NCBI GenBank assembly: GCA_038087875.1
Contig: CM075991.1
Coordinates: 1,364,001-1,428,000, forward strand
Direction of reading: 5' to 3'
DNA: 64,000 nucleotides
Origin: Malacoraja senta
Lineage: Eukaryota
Both the position numbers and the translations under genes were made by a program. Below the pieces are notes generated by a model. The model did not search any database, had not been told where the DNA came from, and saw only the letters and a program-made list of their open reading frames with translations. Positions 37,101-50,529 of the stretch are shown in pieces (within the stretch, counting starts at the first letter, position 1; each line of letters begins with the position of its first letter).

Positions 37101-40100
37101 TTAAAATTGGAAGGAATGTCTAAGAATAAATCGTTTTGGAGGTTTAATCCTCAAATTTTAAAAGACCCACAAGGGAGTATATATCTAAAACAACAAATGG
37201 ACCTCTTTTTCGAAATAAATGACACTCCAGATATATCGCCCACTTTATTATGGGAATCCTTCAAAGCATTTATTAGAGGCGTTATAATTTCATACCAAGC
37301 TTTTCAAAATAAAAAGAACAAGAACGAACAAAGACAGTTAGAAGAACAAATTAGGCAACTGGATATAGATAATGCTAAAGATCCAACTATGGATAAACAC
37401 AATAAAATATTAATACAGAAATTTAAATTAAATAAATTATTATCAGCCAAAGTTATAAGACTATTCCAAATCACAAGACAGGAACACTTTGAATTTGGGG
37501 ATAAACCCCACAAACATTTAGCACGTCAGCTAAAAAAACGAGAAAAAGAACACACGATCCTAAAAATTAAATCAGATAGAGGGGAATTATTAACTTTACC
37601 GAATTATATTAATAAAAGATTTGCGCAATTTTATGAGAATTTGTACACATCCAAAACGACAACGGACACCAATAAAGTCACAGAGTTCTTGGATAATTGT
37701 AATCTTCCAGAATTAGAGTTGAAGGAACAAGAGGAATTAGTAGCACAAATTTCAATTAAGGAAATAGAAGACACAATAACTTCATTAAAGAATGGAAAAA
37801 CACCAGGACCTGACGGATTCAGTAATGAATTTTATAAAAGTTTTTATGACATAATTATACCACGTTTACAGAAAATGTATACATATGCCTTTAAAGAACA
37901 AACATTACCTGAAACACTAGCAGAATCAACGATTACATTAATACTTAAAAAAGACAAAGATACAGAAGAACCCGGATCATATAGAGCTATTGCGTTGTTA
38001 AATACAGATCAAAAAATATTAGCGAAAACATTAGCTAGAAGATTAAGTAAGTATGTTAGTAAATTAATAAATCCGGATCAAACGGGGTTTATCCCTAAGA
38101 GACAATCATTTAATAATCTGAGACGTCTGCTCAACATAATGCATTCACATAAAACTGAAGAACAAGAATTATCAATGATTTCGTTGAATGCAGAAAAAGC
38201 ATTTGATCAAGTGCAATGGGATTACATGGTTAAAGTATTGCAAAAATTCCAAATGGGAGAGAATTTCACCCTATGGATTAAATTATTATATAAAAAGCCT
38301 ACGGCTAGAATATCAACTAATATATTATCTACGAAATTCCAATTATCAAGGGGTAATAGACAAGGATGCTCATTATCACCACTGTTATTTGCTCTTATAT
38401 TTGAACCTCTAGCGGAAAGAATTAGAACACATCCGAACATCCATGGCTATAATACAAAATATTCAAATAATAAAATATCTTTATACGCTGATGATGTACT
38501 ATTGTACATCACAAAACCTCAAACTACTATACCAAACATATTAAATTTAATTGAGGATTTTGGATCCTTTTCTGGATACAGAATAAATTGGAACAAAAGT
38601 GAAATTATGTCACTAAAACCGAAAGACTCAACACACCTCTTAAAATTCCCTTTTAAAATAGCTATAGAAAAATTTAAATACTTGGGTATTGAAATTACCA
38701 GAAAATATCAAGCCATGTTTAACGCAAATTATAATCCTCTACTTAAGAAATTAAATACTTTAATTAAATTCTGGAAAACGCTTCCGATGTCTTTAATATG
38801 CCGAATAAATGCCATAAAAATGATCTTTTTACCACATATTCTATACCTATTCCAATCAATTCCTATATACCTACCAAAAAGTTTTTAAAAAACTGGATTC
38901 AGACATTACATATTTTATATGGGATTATAAATCCCATAGAATACAAAGAACACATTTGAACAAACCTAAAGTATTAGGTGGTTTAGCACTCCCTAACTTT
39001 ATGTACTATTATTGGTCAGTAAATATAAAAAATATGATTCAACTGCTGGACAACTCTGCCCAGCAGGTGGATTGGATTATAATGGAGAGAGAGGACTGCT
39101 CCCCTTGTAATATTGGAGCGATCCTCCTCTCACCAATGAAGTTGAATAACACAAACTATAACAAAAATCCAATTATACATAGTACAATTAGAACTTTGAA
39201 ACAAATAAAACATAATTTAAAATTAAGAAATCTATCGCTCTTATCTCCAATAGCTAATAACTCTTCGTTTAAACCCTCCATTATAGACAAATCATTTACA
39301 AAATGGGAAAGAATAGGAATTGAAACGTTTGGAGGCTTGTATGAAACTGGAAAATTTAATATCATTCCAACAATTACAACTAAAATATAATCTGGGAAAC
39401 AATCAATATTTTAAATATTTTCAAATATGTGATTATCTGAAAAAATATACACAAGATTATTACAATATGCCATTAGATTTACTGGACGAAGCAATGAAGA
39501 CAAAAGCTGAATCAGCAAACTTCAGATTCAGATTCAGATTCAGATTCAACTTTATTGTCATTGTGCAGTGTACAGTACAGAGACAACGAAATGCAGTTAG
39601 CATCTCCCTAGAAGAGCGACATAAATATGAGCAGTAAATAAATAAATCTAATAAATCCTGGTGGGAGGAGTGTCCGGGGGGGGGTGTGATTGGCAGTCAC
39701 CGAGGTACAGTGTTGAGTAGTGTAACCGCCACAGGGAAGAAGCTGTTCCTGGACCTGCTGGTCCGGCAACGGAGAGACCTGTAGCGCCTCCCGGATGGTA
39801 GGAGGGTAAACAGTCTGTGGTTGGGGTGAGAGCAGTCCTTGGCGATGCTGAGCGCCCTTCGCAGACAACGCTTGCTTTGGACAGACTCAATGGTGGGGAG
39901 TGAGGAACCGGTGATGCGTTGGGCAGTTTTCACCACCCTCTGCAGTGCAAAACTTAATATCATATTTGTATAATATTATTTTAAATGTAGAAATACCAGC
40001 AACGGGTGGTATTAGACTGGGAACAAGAATTAGCTATTAAAGTTTCAAAAGAGAGGTGGGATGAACATTTATTAAATGTGCACAAATGCTCGATTAATGT

Positions 40101-40953
40101 AAGACACACTTTAATCCAATTTAAAATTTTACACAGATTATACTACTCAAAATAAGTAAACTTTTTCCCAACGTATCACCTATCTGTGATAAATGCCAGT
40201 CTCAAGAAGCTACGATAGCACATTCATTTGTCTTTTGTATAAAAATCCAAAATTTTTGGATTGAGATTTTTGAAATCTTTACAAAATTAATTAAAATAAA
40301 ACTGATACCAAAAGCAGACCTATCTTTGGAACAACGGAAGGTAGCCCTGAACTAAATGTGTTTAAAAATAACCTATTTGATTACGGGTTAATAACTGGAA
40401 AAAAGCTTATTCTAAAATTCTGGAAAAACGCTCCTATACCAACAATAAACATGTGGATTTCAAATATGTTTGAAACATTACACCTGGAAGAGATGAGACT
40501 CCTCCTGGCAGGCAAATCAGATCACTTCTATAGGACGTGGTCTTCATTTATAGAATTACTACAAGCATAAGGTGCAACAGTACTTTAAAAAGGCACCGGT
40601 GTCAGGACTTGGTAAAGTAGCGAGCTGGTATATCCCTTTTGCGTGATGTTCATAATAGAGTATCTGTCTTTCTCTTTTTTCTTCTTTCTCTTTTTTCTTT
40701 CCTTGGGTCTATCTCTTAATTTCTTTTCTCTAATTTCTCGTCTAAAAGGTCTTTCTTCTTTCCTTTCGTCACGCTTTTACACTAACACTATTTTCTTTCA
40801 CTTTCTCAATTTTCTCAATTTCCATCTTTTCTTAATAGCTTTAAAAAATCAAGGGGTGCATTAAATGTAATAAGATATACGTGGTGTGTATTAATGTAAT
40901 TTATTGTAATTTACTGTACTTCTAATAAATAAAAATTTAAAAAAATAAAAAAA
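34110..40953 (+). mobile_element. Full-length L1 (LINE-1) element, inactivated
   Basis: TSD TTGCTGAGACTT at 34098-34109 and 40954-40965. ORF1 34303-35350 (frameshift/stop; LEARSRRQNLRIVG, IEVAHR, YPAKMRI). ~1-kb spacer. ORF2 36367-40570 with APE endonuclease (SWNIRG, LQETHL, IGGDFN, SDH), RT (RQGCSLSP, LYADD) and a C-terminal CCHC. Ends AATAAA + A-tail. Confidence 0.95.
39523..39946 (-). mobile_element. Rex1-type LINE 3' fragment inserted into L1 ORF2
   Basis: ALQRVVKTAQRI...HPNHRLFTLLPSGRRYRS...RNSFFP; (CAGATT)n tail; flanks gcaaactt / gcaaaactt. Confidence 0.85.
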
Positions 40954-41502
40954 TTGCTGAGACTTTACACTTCAGACATACAGCACAGAAACAGGCCCTT
41001 CAGCCAAACAAGTCTGCAGCGACCAGCGATAACCCCGTTATCACTATCTTACACACTGAGTACAAGTTTCAATTTTTGGCAGAAGCTAATTAATTTACAA
41101 ACCTGTACGTGTTTGGAGTGTGGAAGGAAACTGGTACACCCACGCCATCACAGGGAGAACGTGCAAACTCCGTAATGTTAATCCCCGGAGTATGGATCGA
41201 ACCTGCGTCTCTGGCAGGTATGACAGCAACTCTATTGATGTATCACTGTGCCAAATGGCGTGTTTCCGTGTTGTATGTCTCTAAGACATTAGGTAGTCAT
41301 GGATTTCAAATGTGATGGTGGGATGGTCATATAGATGGCTTATAAAGCAATGCTGGGAATCAGGAAGTGTTACATATTAATAGGAAGAATGAGAAAGGGA
41401 GCAAGAAGAGTACAATTCTAAAAGAAGCACATGGGTAGAGGGCCCCATAGATATGTGCATGGATTGTGGAAATGACAGGGCAAGTTTGGAAAGTTGTTAA
41501 AA

Positions 41503-42770
41503 TATTTATTTATTTATTTATTTTATTTATTTATTTGTTCCGAACAAGTAAAGACATAAATAGGAATAAATAACAACAACAAAATCGAAATAGTCAAACA
41601 TTGGACATTCCAGGCAATATTTGCAAAGCAATGAAAAGCATAATGCAAAATTTAAATGTCCAACACTTTTTCTTTACAAGCTCGAAAAGGAGTGAGAAGA
41701 AGAATAACGTATTTAATCTCACCCCTTCTCCCTAAACCCTTCTTCCATATTTAATAATTAATTAATTAATAATAATAATACCCCAGACAATTTTTAGAGA
41801 TACATACAGACATATATATACATACAACTGATATACACATACAAGTAATATGTATGAAGTAACCAAAATACATAAATAAATAATAAATAAAATAATAAAT
41901 AAACATTAACCCCTGCTTGTCAACCATCCCCTTTATCCCTGTACCTTGTGAAAACAATTTTTTTGTATGTCATTTTGAACTGGTTCATGTTTGGACATTG
42001 CTTTAATTCCACATTCAAACTGTTCCACAATCCTACTCCATGTTTTCAGTTTGCCCATTTCTTTTTCTGGTCGTGCGGACTCTTTGTACCTTAAAATTAA
42101 ATATTCGTCTTAAATTATAACCCCCCACTCGCACATTAAATAATTTTTGTATATTTCCAGGTAAGTTTTTATTTTTGGCCCTAATCATTATCTGTGCTGT
42201 GCAATGCAACCAAATCTTCTAATTTTAATAATTTTGACTCAGAATAATGGATTAGTGTGACCCAGATACCTGACCTTGTGAATAATACGTATTGCTCTTT
42301 TTTGGAGAATAGTTAATGAATGTAGCGAACTTTTATAGTTATTGCCCCAGACTTCTGCACAGTAATTTAAATAGGGTAAGATTAGTGAACAGTAGAGAAT
42401 GCGGAGTGATTTGTGATCCAGAACCTGCTTAACTTTGTGTAATACCGAAATGCTTTTTGACAGTTTGGATTGTACATGTTTAATGTGTGATTTCCAGCTG
42501 ATTCTATCATCCATTATAACCCCAAGAAATTTATTTTCATGAACTTGTTCAATTTCAACCCCATTTATCTTTATATTTGCTTGTGTATTTGTTCTGCAAT
42601 TACCAAATAACATTATTTTCCTTTTGCTTAAGTTTAATGATATTTTGTTCCTGTCAAACCATGTTTTCAGTTTGCCCATTTCTTTTGTTATTTTGTCCAG
42701 TAGTTGTTTTAAATTCTCCCCAGAACAAAAAATATTTGTGTCGTCTGCAAACAACACAAATATGTACTGT
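41503..42770 (-). mobile_element. CR1/L2-group (Crack-like) LINE 3' fragment
   Basis: LFADDTNIF..., KFLGVIMDDRISWKSHI, LYCSLILPYLNYCAEVWG, LQKRAIR; (TAAA)n tail at 41503-41535. Confidence 0.75.
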
Positions 42771-44209
42771 ATTTGGGCTTTATTAATAGAGACATGGGGT
42801 ACAGTGACATGGAAGTCACCATGAACCTTTTATAGGATCAGACAGCATGGAAACGGGCTCTTCAACCCAACTCGTCCATGCAGACCAAGATGTTCGTCTT
42901 TGCTCGTCATATTTATCCTCTTCCCCGCATGCAACTCTATATCAAGATAGTTAGAATCCTCTATTTTGATAACTCTATTGTTCCTGTGAAAAAGTTCACT
43001 TAAAAAGATAGACAAAGTACAAATTCTTAAGACCATACAAAGCTTTAATTTAACGTCTGACGGGTGTGAACTGAGAGACTCAGAGGCAACAGGTTCTCAC
43101 GTCTGAATCACCAGCAGCACACACAAAGAAATACCAGAACATCGAAGCTTATATACGTACAAATATAAAACCAATTGCATGATGAAATGTACAAAAACCA
43201 TCATCCACCTCCAAATATGGAGTTGTTTTTCACTCTTTGCCAAAAGCCAGTCACCCCAATGGCATCCTCTGGGCCCCTTCTTATCTGATTAACCTCTTCA
43301 ACTTACATAAAAAAACTTGTAAGAGAGCTGTGAACTTGTCAACTTAAAGGGAAAAAAACCTGGCATGATAGGAGTTGTCCAAATCCCATCATGCATTACA
43401 ATTGGCCTTTTACAACAGGAAAGTTTAAATATGACAACAATCAATTAATAACTAACTCTTTCACCTGCAACTCTTCCCAATTTCCATGCATATTTGAAAA
43501 TTTCCATAAATACCTTTGGGCCTATATACACTCCCAACAAGGCGATCGTCCCGATTTCTCAGCTCCACCCATCCTGCCCCACTGGATGATCCCTCAGTAA
43601 TTTCATCACTGACTATTGGCATCATGTTTTCCTTAATCAGAAATATACTTTCTCCTCCTCCCTTTCCTACACCTCTATCTCAACTGTAGCTCCTGTACAC
43701 TGGAACATTATGTTGCCAGTCCTGTCCCTCCCTTAGCCGCGGTTCTGTAATGGCTATAATATCCCAGTCCCATGTATGTATACACACTCCGATTTCATCC
43801 ATTGTGCCTGTCAGGCTCTTGCACTGAAATAAATGCATTTTAACTCAACATTATTTTCTTACTTTCAAGAGAGAGCTAGACAGCGCTCTGAGAGATAGCA
43901 GAGTCAAGGGATATGTGGAGAAGGCAGGAACGGGGTACTGATTGTGGATGATCAGCCATGATCACATTGAATGGCGGTACCGGCTCGAGGGGCCGAATGG
44001 CCTACTCCTGCACTTATTGTCTATTGTCTATTATCTATTGTCTACTTCCGGCCACACTCTTGCCTGTCTTGTCTACTGAGCTTGCTGACGTTGACATCAA
44101 GAGTCAAGTCAAGGCAAGAGTGTTTTATCATCCCAAAACGGAACTAGGAAATTCTTACATTCTTACTTGCAGCAGCACAACAGATACAGAAAACAGATAT
44201 TTAACATAG

Positions 44210-45110
44210 TAGTCTAGATTAAACCATTTCCAGTATCAATAGCAAATCTGCCCACCAGGATATTGGTACCTCTTGTACAGGTATCTTCTGCTCCAGATGC
44301 GATCCCAATCGTCCAAAAATTGGAATCCCTACACTCTTTATCCAATTCCTACCTTCATTCGCACGTGGTACTGAGCGATCATCCACTGAACTACTCTGGA
44401 GGTCCTGCTTTATAACCTTTTGCCTAACTCCCCATAATCACTCCACAGGGCCGCATCCCTTTTTCATTTATGTAATTAAAGCCATTGTGCACAATGACTT
44501 CTCACTGCTCACCATCTTCCCTGAGAATGTCCTATAACCACTGAAAGATATCCTCAACCCAAAGGAGGGAACACACCCTCCTATAGTCCCATTTGTGGCC
44601 AAGGAATCTCCTTTCTGTCCGCCTAACTGTTGAGTCTCCTATCACTGTCTGACTTCATCCTTCCCTGTCAAGCCTCAGAGCTTATCTTGGTGCCTCAGAG
44701 CTGGATGCGGCTGCTGTGTTCTCCTGAGCAGACATCCCGACCCAATATCATTCAGAATGCTATATTTATTTTCAAGGGGAATGGCCATTCAAGATTCCTG
44801 CATCCTCTGGCAACTCCCTTTATCTTTCCTGGTGGTCACCCAGTTACTTTCTGCCTGCACCTTAGGCGTGACCATTTTGCTAAAACTCCGATCTATGAAG
44901 CCCTCAACCTCCTGGATGATCCTGAGCGCATCCGGCTCCAGATCCAGTTCCTTCATGCAGTCAGTTAGAAGCTGCAGATGGACACATTTCCCACAGGTGT
45001 AGTCAAACCATCCCTCATCTTGCCTTCAGGCTCCTCGTCGAAGCCTCCTGAGCCAAAGCCGTAGCACTTCATTTCAATCACGGCCATTTGTAAACACACC
45101 CGCTCAAAAT
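44210..45110 (-). mobile_element. Old CR1 5'/ORF1 remnant
   Basis: Minus-strand TCGKCVHLQLLTDCMKELDL..LRIIQE resembles the CR1 ORF1 zinc-finger/coiled-coil start. Confidence 0.5.
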
Positions 45111-45137
45111 GGCAGCTCCGCTTGTGCCTGGCTTATT

Positions 45138-47417
45138 TTTATACATCACATTTAATTTTCACTCATGGAAGATAATGTCTGCTTACCTTCACCATCACCT
45201 CCATCATTTGTCCTGCCCCCAGCACCAGCTTAACTGGGTCCCCTGCTAAGTGCGAGGAATTTACTACATTTTTCACCAGCAAAGTAAAGAACATAAGAAC
45301 AAATATTTCCCCTCCCACCCGTGACCTGGCTGTCTCATTGGTCTGTTCTTCAAAATTAGATTGTTTCCAACCCGTTACTCTACCCTCCCTTGTAAAACTG
45401 ATCACCACCATGAAACCTACTACCTGCCACCTCGACACTGTCACCTCTGCCCTCCTAAAGGATGTCATTACAATAGCCGGTCCCAGCATCCTCGCCATCT
45501 TCAACAGTTCTCTGGCCACTGGCACTGTACCTACCTGCTTCAAGCATGCGGTGGTCCAGCCACTCCTGAAAAAACCTAACCAAGCAACTACAGACCCATT
45601 TCTAAACTGCCTTTCCTCTCAAAAGCCCTTGAAAAGGTAATTTTAAGTCAACTTATGCCTTACCTTCACCAAAATACTATCTTGAAAACTTTCCAATCAG
45701 GTTTCAGGGCTCACCACAGCACAGAGTCTGTCTTGTTGAAGGTACATAATGACCTACTGCTCACCGTTGACTCCGGCGACTGTGCAATCCTGCTCCTTCT
45801 CGACCTCAGCACAGCATTTGATACTGTCGACCACACCATCCTAATTGACCGTCTCCGGTACGGGGTTGGTATTGATGGCACTGCCCTGGGCTTGCCCCCA
45901 CCTACATTAAAAGTCTTCTCACCCACCACTCCACCTCCAGGTCCCTCAGATCGACCGACTTGGGGTTGCTGAAAATCCCGCGGTCTAGGCATAAGCTCAG
46001 GGGCGACCGTGCCTTTGCGGTTGCAGCTCCTAGACTGTGGAACAGCATCCACCTTCCCATCAGAACTGCCCCCTCCATCGACTCCTTTAAGTCAAGACTA
46101 AAAACGTATCTATACTCCCAAGCCTTTCTTGACGTCCTCTGAGCGAGGGCTATATGTATATATGTATGTAGTTTGTTTGTTTATATTATTCTTATAACAA
46201 ATGTAAAGCACTTTGGCCAACGAGAGTTGTTTTTTAAATGTGCTATATAAATAAATGTGACTTCACTTGACTGAGCTGGTTCATCTCCTACCTCAAATGT
46301 AGGACTTTCTCAACTAACATAGGCAACTCTTTCTCCTCACCAGCTAGTCTCTGCTGTGGGGTTCCACAAGGTTCCATCCTTGGCCCCATTTTCTTCTCCC
46401 TGTATATGTTCCCTTTAGGCCAAGTCAGTGAAAGGCACGGCATTTCCTTCCATTGCTACGCAGACGATACATAACTCTATCTCCCAAAAACCAATCAAAT
46501 CTGCTTAACCTTACCCACTGCCTCGAGGATATAAAGTGTTGGATGACCCAGAACTTCCTCCAACTAAACGAGAGTAAGTCTGAGGTCATCCTTCTCGGCC
46601 CCTCGGACTCAATCAAAATGATAGCAGGCAGCCTTGGAAGCCTTACTCCACTACTCAAACCTCAAGTCAAAAGCCTTGGCGTGATATTTGACTCAGCACT
46701 GAAATTTGACAAACAAGTCAATGCCGTAGTAAAAGCTAGCTTCTTTCAGCTTTGGACGATAGCTAAAATAGAACAATTCCTCCAGTTTGATGACCTCGCA
46801 CCCACACATTTATCTCCTCCCGCCTAGGTTACTGCAACTCTCTTTACACTGGCATCAGCCAATCTTCCCTGTCCCGCCTGCACCTGGTCCAAAACGTAGC
46901 AGCGATACTCCTGACGGGCACCCGAAAAAGGGACCACATCACCCCGATCCTGGTCTCTCTCCACTGGCTCCCTGTGCGGTTCCAAATAAATTTCAAGATC
47001 CTCCTTTATGTCTACAAAGCCCTCAATGGGCTTGCCCCCACCTACATCAAAAGTCTGCTTACCCACCACACCACCACCAGGTCCCTCAGATCGGTTGACT
47101 TGGGGTTACTGAACATCCCGCGGTCTAGGCATAGGCTCAGTGGCGCCTTTGCGGTTGCAGCTCCTAGACTGTGGAACAGCATCCCTCTTCCCATCAGAAC
47201 TGCCCCCTCCATCGACTCGTTTAAGTCGAGACTAAAAACTCATCTCTACTCCCAAGCCTTTCTTGATGTCCTCTGAGCGAGGGCTATATGTATGTAGTGA
47301 TGTTTGTATTTAATCTATGAACTGTTGTTTGTTATACTATTCTTATACCACTTTGGCCAACGAGAGTTGTTTTTTAAATGTGCTATATAAATAAAAGTGA
47401 CTTGACTTGACTTGACT
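45138..47417 (+). mobile_element. L2 LINE fragment with a same-family L2 3' end (45889-46270) nested inside it
   Basis: FQSGFRAHHSTES, LLDLSTAFDTVDH, GVPQGSILGP, YADD, LHWLPV; (GACTT)n tails; TSD TGGCTTATT at 45129-45137 and 47418-47426. Confidence 0.9.
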
Positions 47418-47794
47418 TGGCTTATTAAATCTCCCATGCTTCTCCACCTTTCAGCTCTACAGTCTCTAATGAAACTAACCAGCCCTTATTCTAACATTTG
47501 CTTTTCACATTTCCCGGGTTCCTCATCCCCTTAGCTCTGTTGAAAGACTGGTTTGACTACAGCAGGCATATTAGGCAGAAATTATTCTTTAGAAATGTGG
47601 ATAAACTGAAGAAGGTTGTTCTCAGAGGAGATTGCATGGAGATCTGATAGAGGTATTTAAAAAGGGTAGGGGCAGAGTAGGTAGAACCCTCACAGAGAGA
47701 AGGTGTAAGTAATAGGGAAGACAAAAGTAACATGATTTGCAAAAATCGGAGTAACAATTTGTTAAAACAGCAAGTGGTTAGGGTATGTCAAAGA

Positions 47795-49891
47795 CAGGCA
47801 CGTGCCGTCAGGGTTAGGCACTGCCTACCCTGACTGAAATTATAACATGGTAATTACTAAACATAAATAGTAAAGGCATGGGAGAATTAAGCCTATCTAA
47901 GAGATCGATCTCTTAGGTAGGCATAATTCTCCGTGCCTTTCATCCGCAGTACTTGTAACCCTTGAAGGTCTGTGCAGCCCACGTGCCGTCAGTGCTCCCT
48001 GAAGCCGTCAGTTTCAAGCGGGGCTGAAGGCAGCTGAAATTCTGCTTTTGCAGCACTGCGCAGGCGCAGCAGCCTACTGCGCCTGCGCAGCGCGAGTTTC
48101 TTGGCGGGGTTTTCAAATATGGATTGGCATTATTTTAAGTGTATCTTAGGAAACAGAGAGAGAAGAATGGAGCTCGTGTACCAATGATGTGGTAAGTACA
48201 ATTCTTGGTGATGTTTTTAAATACCGTATTTCCCGGGATGTGGGGGTGGGGGGAGAGCTCCTTTCACAGCTTTTGGGGAGTCTGGCCCGGGGTAAAGTTG
48301 CGAGGAGGGTAGGAGCGTTGTGAAGGAGGGGATCTGGATCATACCAGTAACCCACTTGCGATGCTCCTTTCACGGAGCCACCGCATTGTGGGGGGGGGGG
48401 GGGGAATAGCTCGGGTGGCTGCGAGCGGCCGCCGGAATGGACAGCGGATCTGGCCGCCACCTCCGCGCCTTCTGCCGGCCCCCGCTCAACTCTGGCAGCT
48501 CTCAGTCTAAAAACCTCTCTCCTGCCGCTCGCTGGCCCCACTCATGTCAGCTTCCCGCAAACCCTTAAATTCCGACAGCGCGATTGAGATTGTGTTAAAG
48601 AAGGAACTGCAGATGCTGGAAAATCGAAGGTACACAAAAATGCTGGAGAAACTCAGCGGGTGCAGCAGCATCTATGGAGCGAAGGAAATAGGTAACGTTT
48701 TGGGCCGAAACCCTTCTTCAGACTGATAGGGGGTGGGGAGAAGAAAGGAAAAAAGGAAAAAGGCGGAGGAGGAGCCCAAGGGCTGGGGGAGGGGAGGAGA
48801 CAACCAGATGGCTGATGAAGGGGAGGGGACAGCAAGGGCAAGCAGAATTGGGAGAATTCAATGTTCAAGCCCCCAGGATGTAGACTGCCCAAGCGGAATA
48901 TGAGGTGCATTTCCTCCAATTTACGGTGTTGCTCGCTGTGGCCATGGAGGAGACCCAGAACAGAGAGGTCAGATACGGAATAGGAGGGGAAGTTGAAGTG
49001 CTGAGCCACCGGGAGGTCAGGTTGGTTATTGCCTCCAATTTACGGTGTGGCTCAGCCCCTCCCCTTCATCAGCCATCTGGTTGTCTCCTCCCCTTCCCCA
49101 GCCCTCGGGCTCCTCCTCCACCTTTTTCCTTTTTTCCTTTCTTCTCCCCACACCCTATCAGTATGAAGAAGGGTTTCGGCCCGAAACGTTACCTATTTCC
49201 TTCGCTCCATAGATGCTGCTGCACCCGCTGAGTTTCTCCAGCATTTTTGTGTACCAGCGCGATTGAGATTACTCGGCTGTGGGAATTGAAGGATTTGCAG
49301 GAAGCAGCTGACATGAGTGAGCGAGCGGCAGGTGAGAGGTGTTCAGACGGAGAGCAGTGCCGGAGGTGAGCGGGCCGGCGGTAGGCGCTGAAGTGGCGGC
49401 CAGTTCTGCTGTCGGGTCCCGGCGGCCGATCGCAGCCACCCGAGCTGCTTCTATCCCCGGCTACAATGCGGTGGCTTCACGCCTGGAGGGCTGCTGCAGC
49501 GGTGAGTGAGTTACTGGCATTATCCCCAACCCCCTCCTTCTCAACACTCCTGCTCTCCCCGCAACTTTACCCCTGGCACTGACTCTCCACACACTGTGAA
49601 AGGAACTCTCCCCCCAATTGGTCCCTTGAACAAGTGTTGTCATTCAATTAGATGACAACATTCAACTTTTCCCTGTGCTCCCGTTTTTCCCACCATCTCT
49701 CCACCTGCCATCACCCTTCACCCCCCACCCATTCAGCAATTCAGAATAAAAGATACTAGGAAGCCTTGGGCAAATTGAATTGTTCTTTTTTTAAATTTTA
49801 CGGAGAGAACAATCTGCGCATGCGCGGTTTAAATTATTTTTTAAAGCTGACTGACTGCCTACCTTGAGTAATTACTCACGGCACGTGCCTG
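47795..49891. mobile_element. Non-autonomous hAT-type DNA transposon
   Basis: 14-bp perfect TIR CAGGCACGTGCCGT; 8-bp TSD GTCAAAGA at 47787-47794 and 49892-49899. Confidence 0.9.
48592..49254. mobile_element. Penelope-like element 3' fragment with inverted pseudo-LTR
   Basis: 16-bp TSD CAGCGCGATTGAGATT at 48576-48591 and 49255-49270; GIY-YIG C-terminus (AQHFN...RKLEE.HLIFRLGSLHPGGLNIEF) on the minus strand; inverted arm 49052-49254. Confidence 0.9.
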
Positions 49892-50406
49892 GTCAAAGAG
49901 GACTCTCTCGAACTTCTACAGGTGCACAGTGGAGAGCACGCTGACTGGTTGCATCATGGCTTGGTTTGGCAACCTCACGGTCCAGGAGCGGAAAAGGATG
50001 CAGAAAGTTGTGACCACTGCCCAGTCCATCATCGGCTCTGACCTCCCCACCATTAAAGGGATCTATCGCAGTCGCTCTCAAAAAGGCAGCCAACATCATT
50101 AAGGACCCACACCATCCTGGCCACGCACTCATCTCTCCGCTACCATCGGGCAGAAGGTACAGGAGCCTGAAATCTGTTACATCCAGGTTCAGGAACAGCT
50201 GCTTCCCCACAGCCACCAGGCTATTAAACTCGCCAACAAACAGACTCTGAACTGTAACAGCCTATTGCACTTTATCTGCTTATTTATGTGTATATTGAAC
50301 TGAACTGTTCTGTATTTTTGCTAACAATATTCTGTTGTGCTGCTGCAAGCAAGAATTTCATTGTCCTATCTGGGACACATGACAATAAACCCTCTTGACT
50401 TGACTA
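49892..50406 (+). mobile_element. Rex1-type LINE 3' fragment
   Basis: NFYRCTVES..TGCIMAWFGN, LPSGRRYRS..RFRNS; tail gacaataaa..(CTTGA)n. Confidence 0.85.
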
Positions 50407-50529
50407 TGGAATGCACCATCCTGGATTGTATGGGGGCAGATTCAATGATGTCAAAGGGAACATGGATAAATATCTGAAAGAAAATAATTTACTGAGCTAT
50501 TGGAGACCCAATTAACAAATCCAGCTGGA

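Noticed and set aside
37107..38888. Active L1 ORF2
   Set aside because: Frameshifts on both sides, the RT catalytic motif is changed (SLNAEKAFD), and a Rex1 insertion interrupts the C-terminus.
42040..42061. 22-bp copy of 42660-42681 within the Crack-like LINE
   Set aside because: Small local repair-type duplication with no evidence of function.
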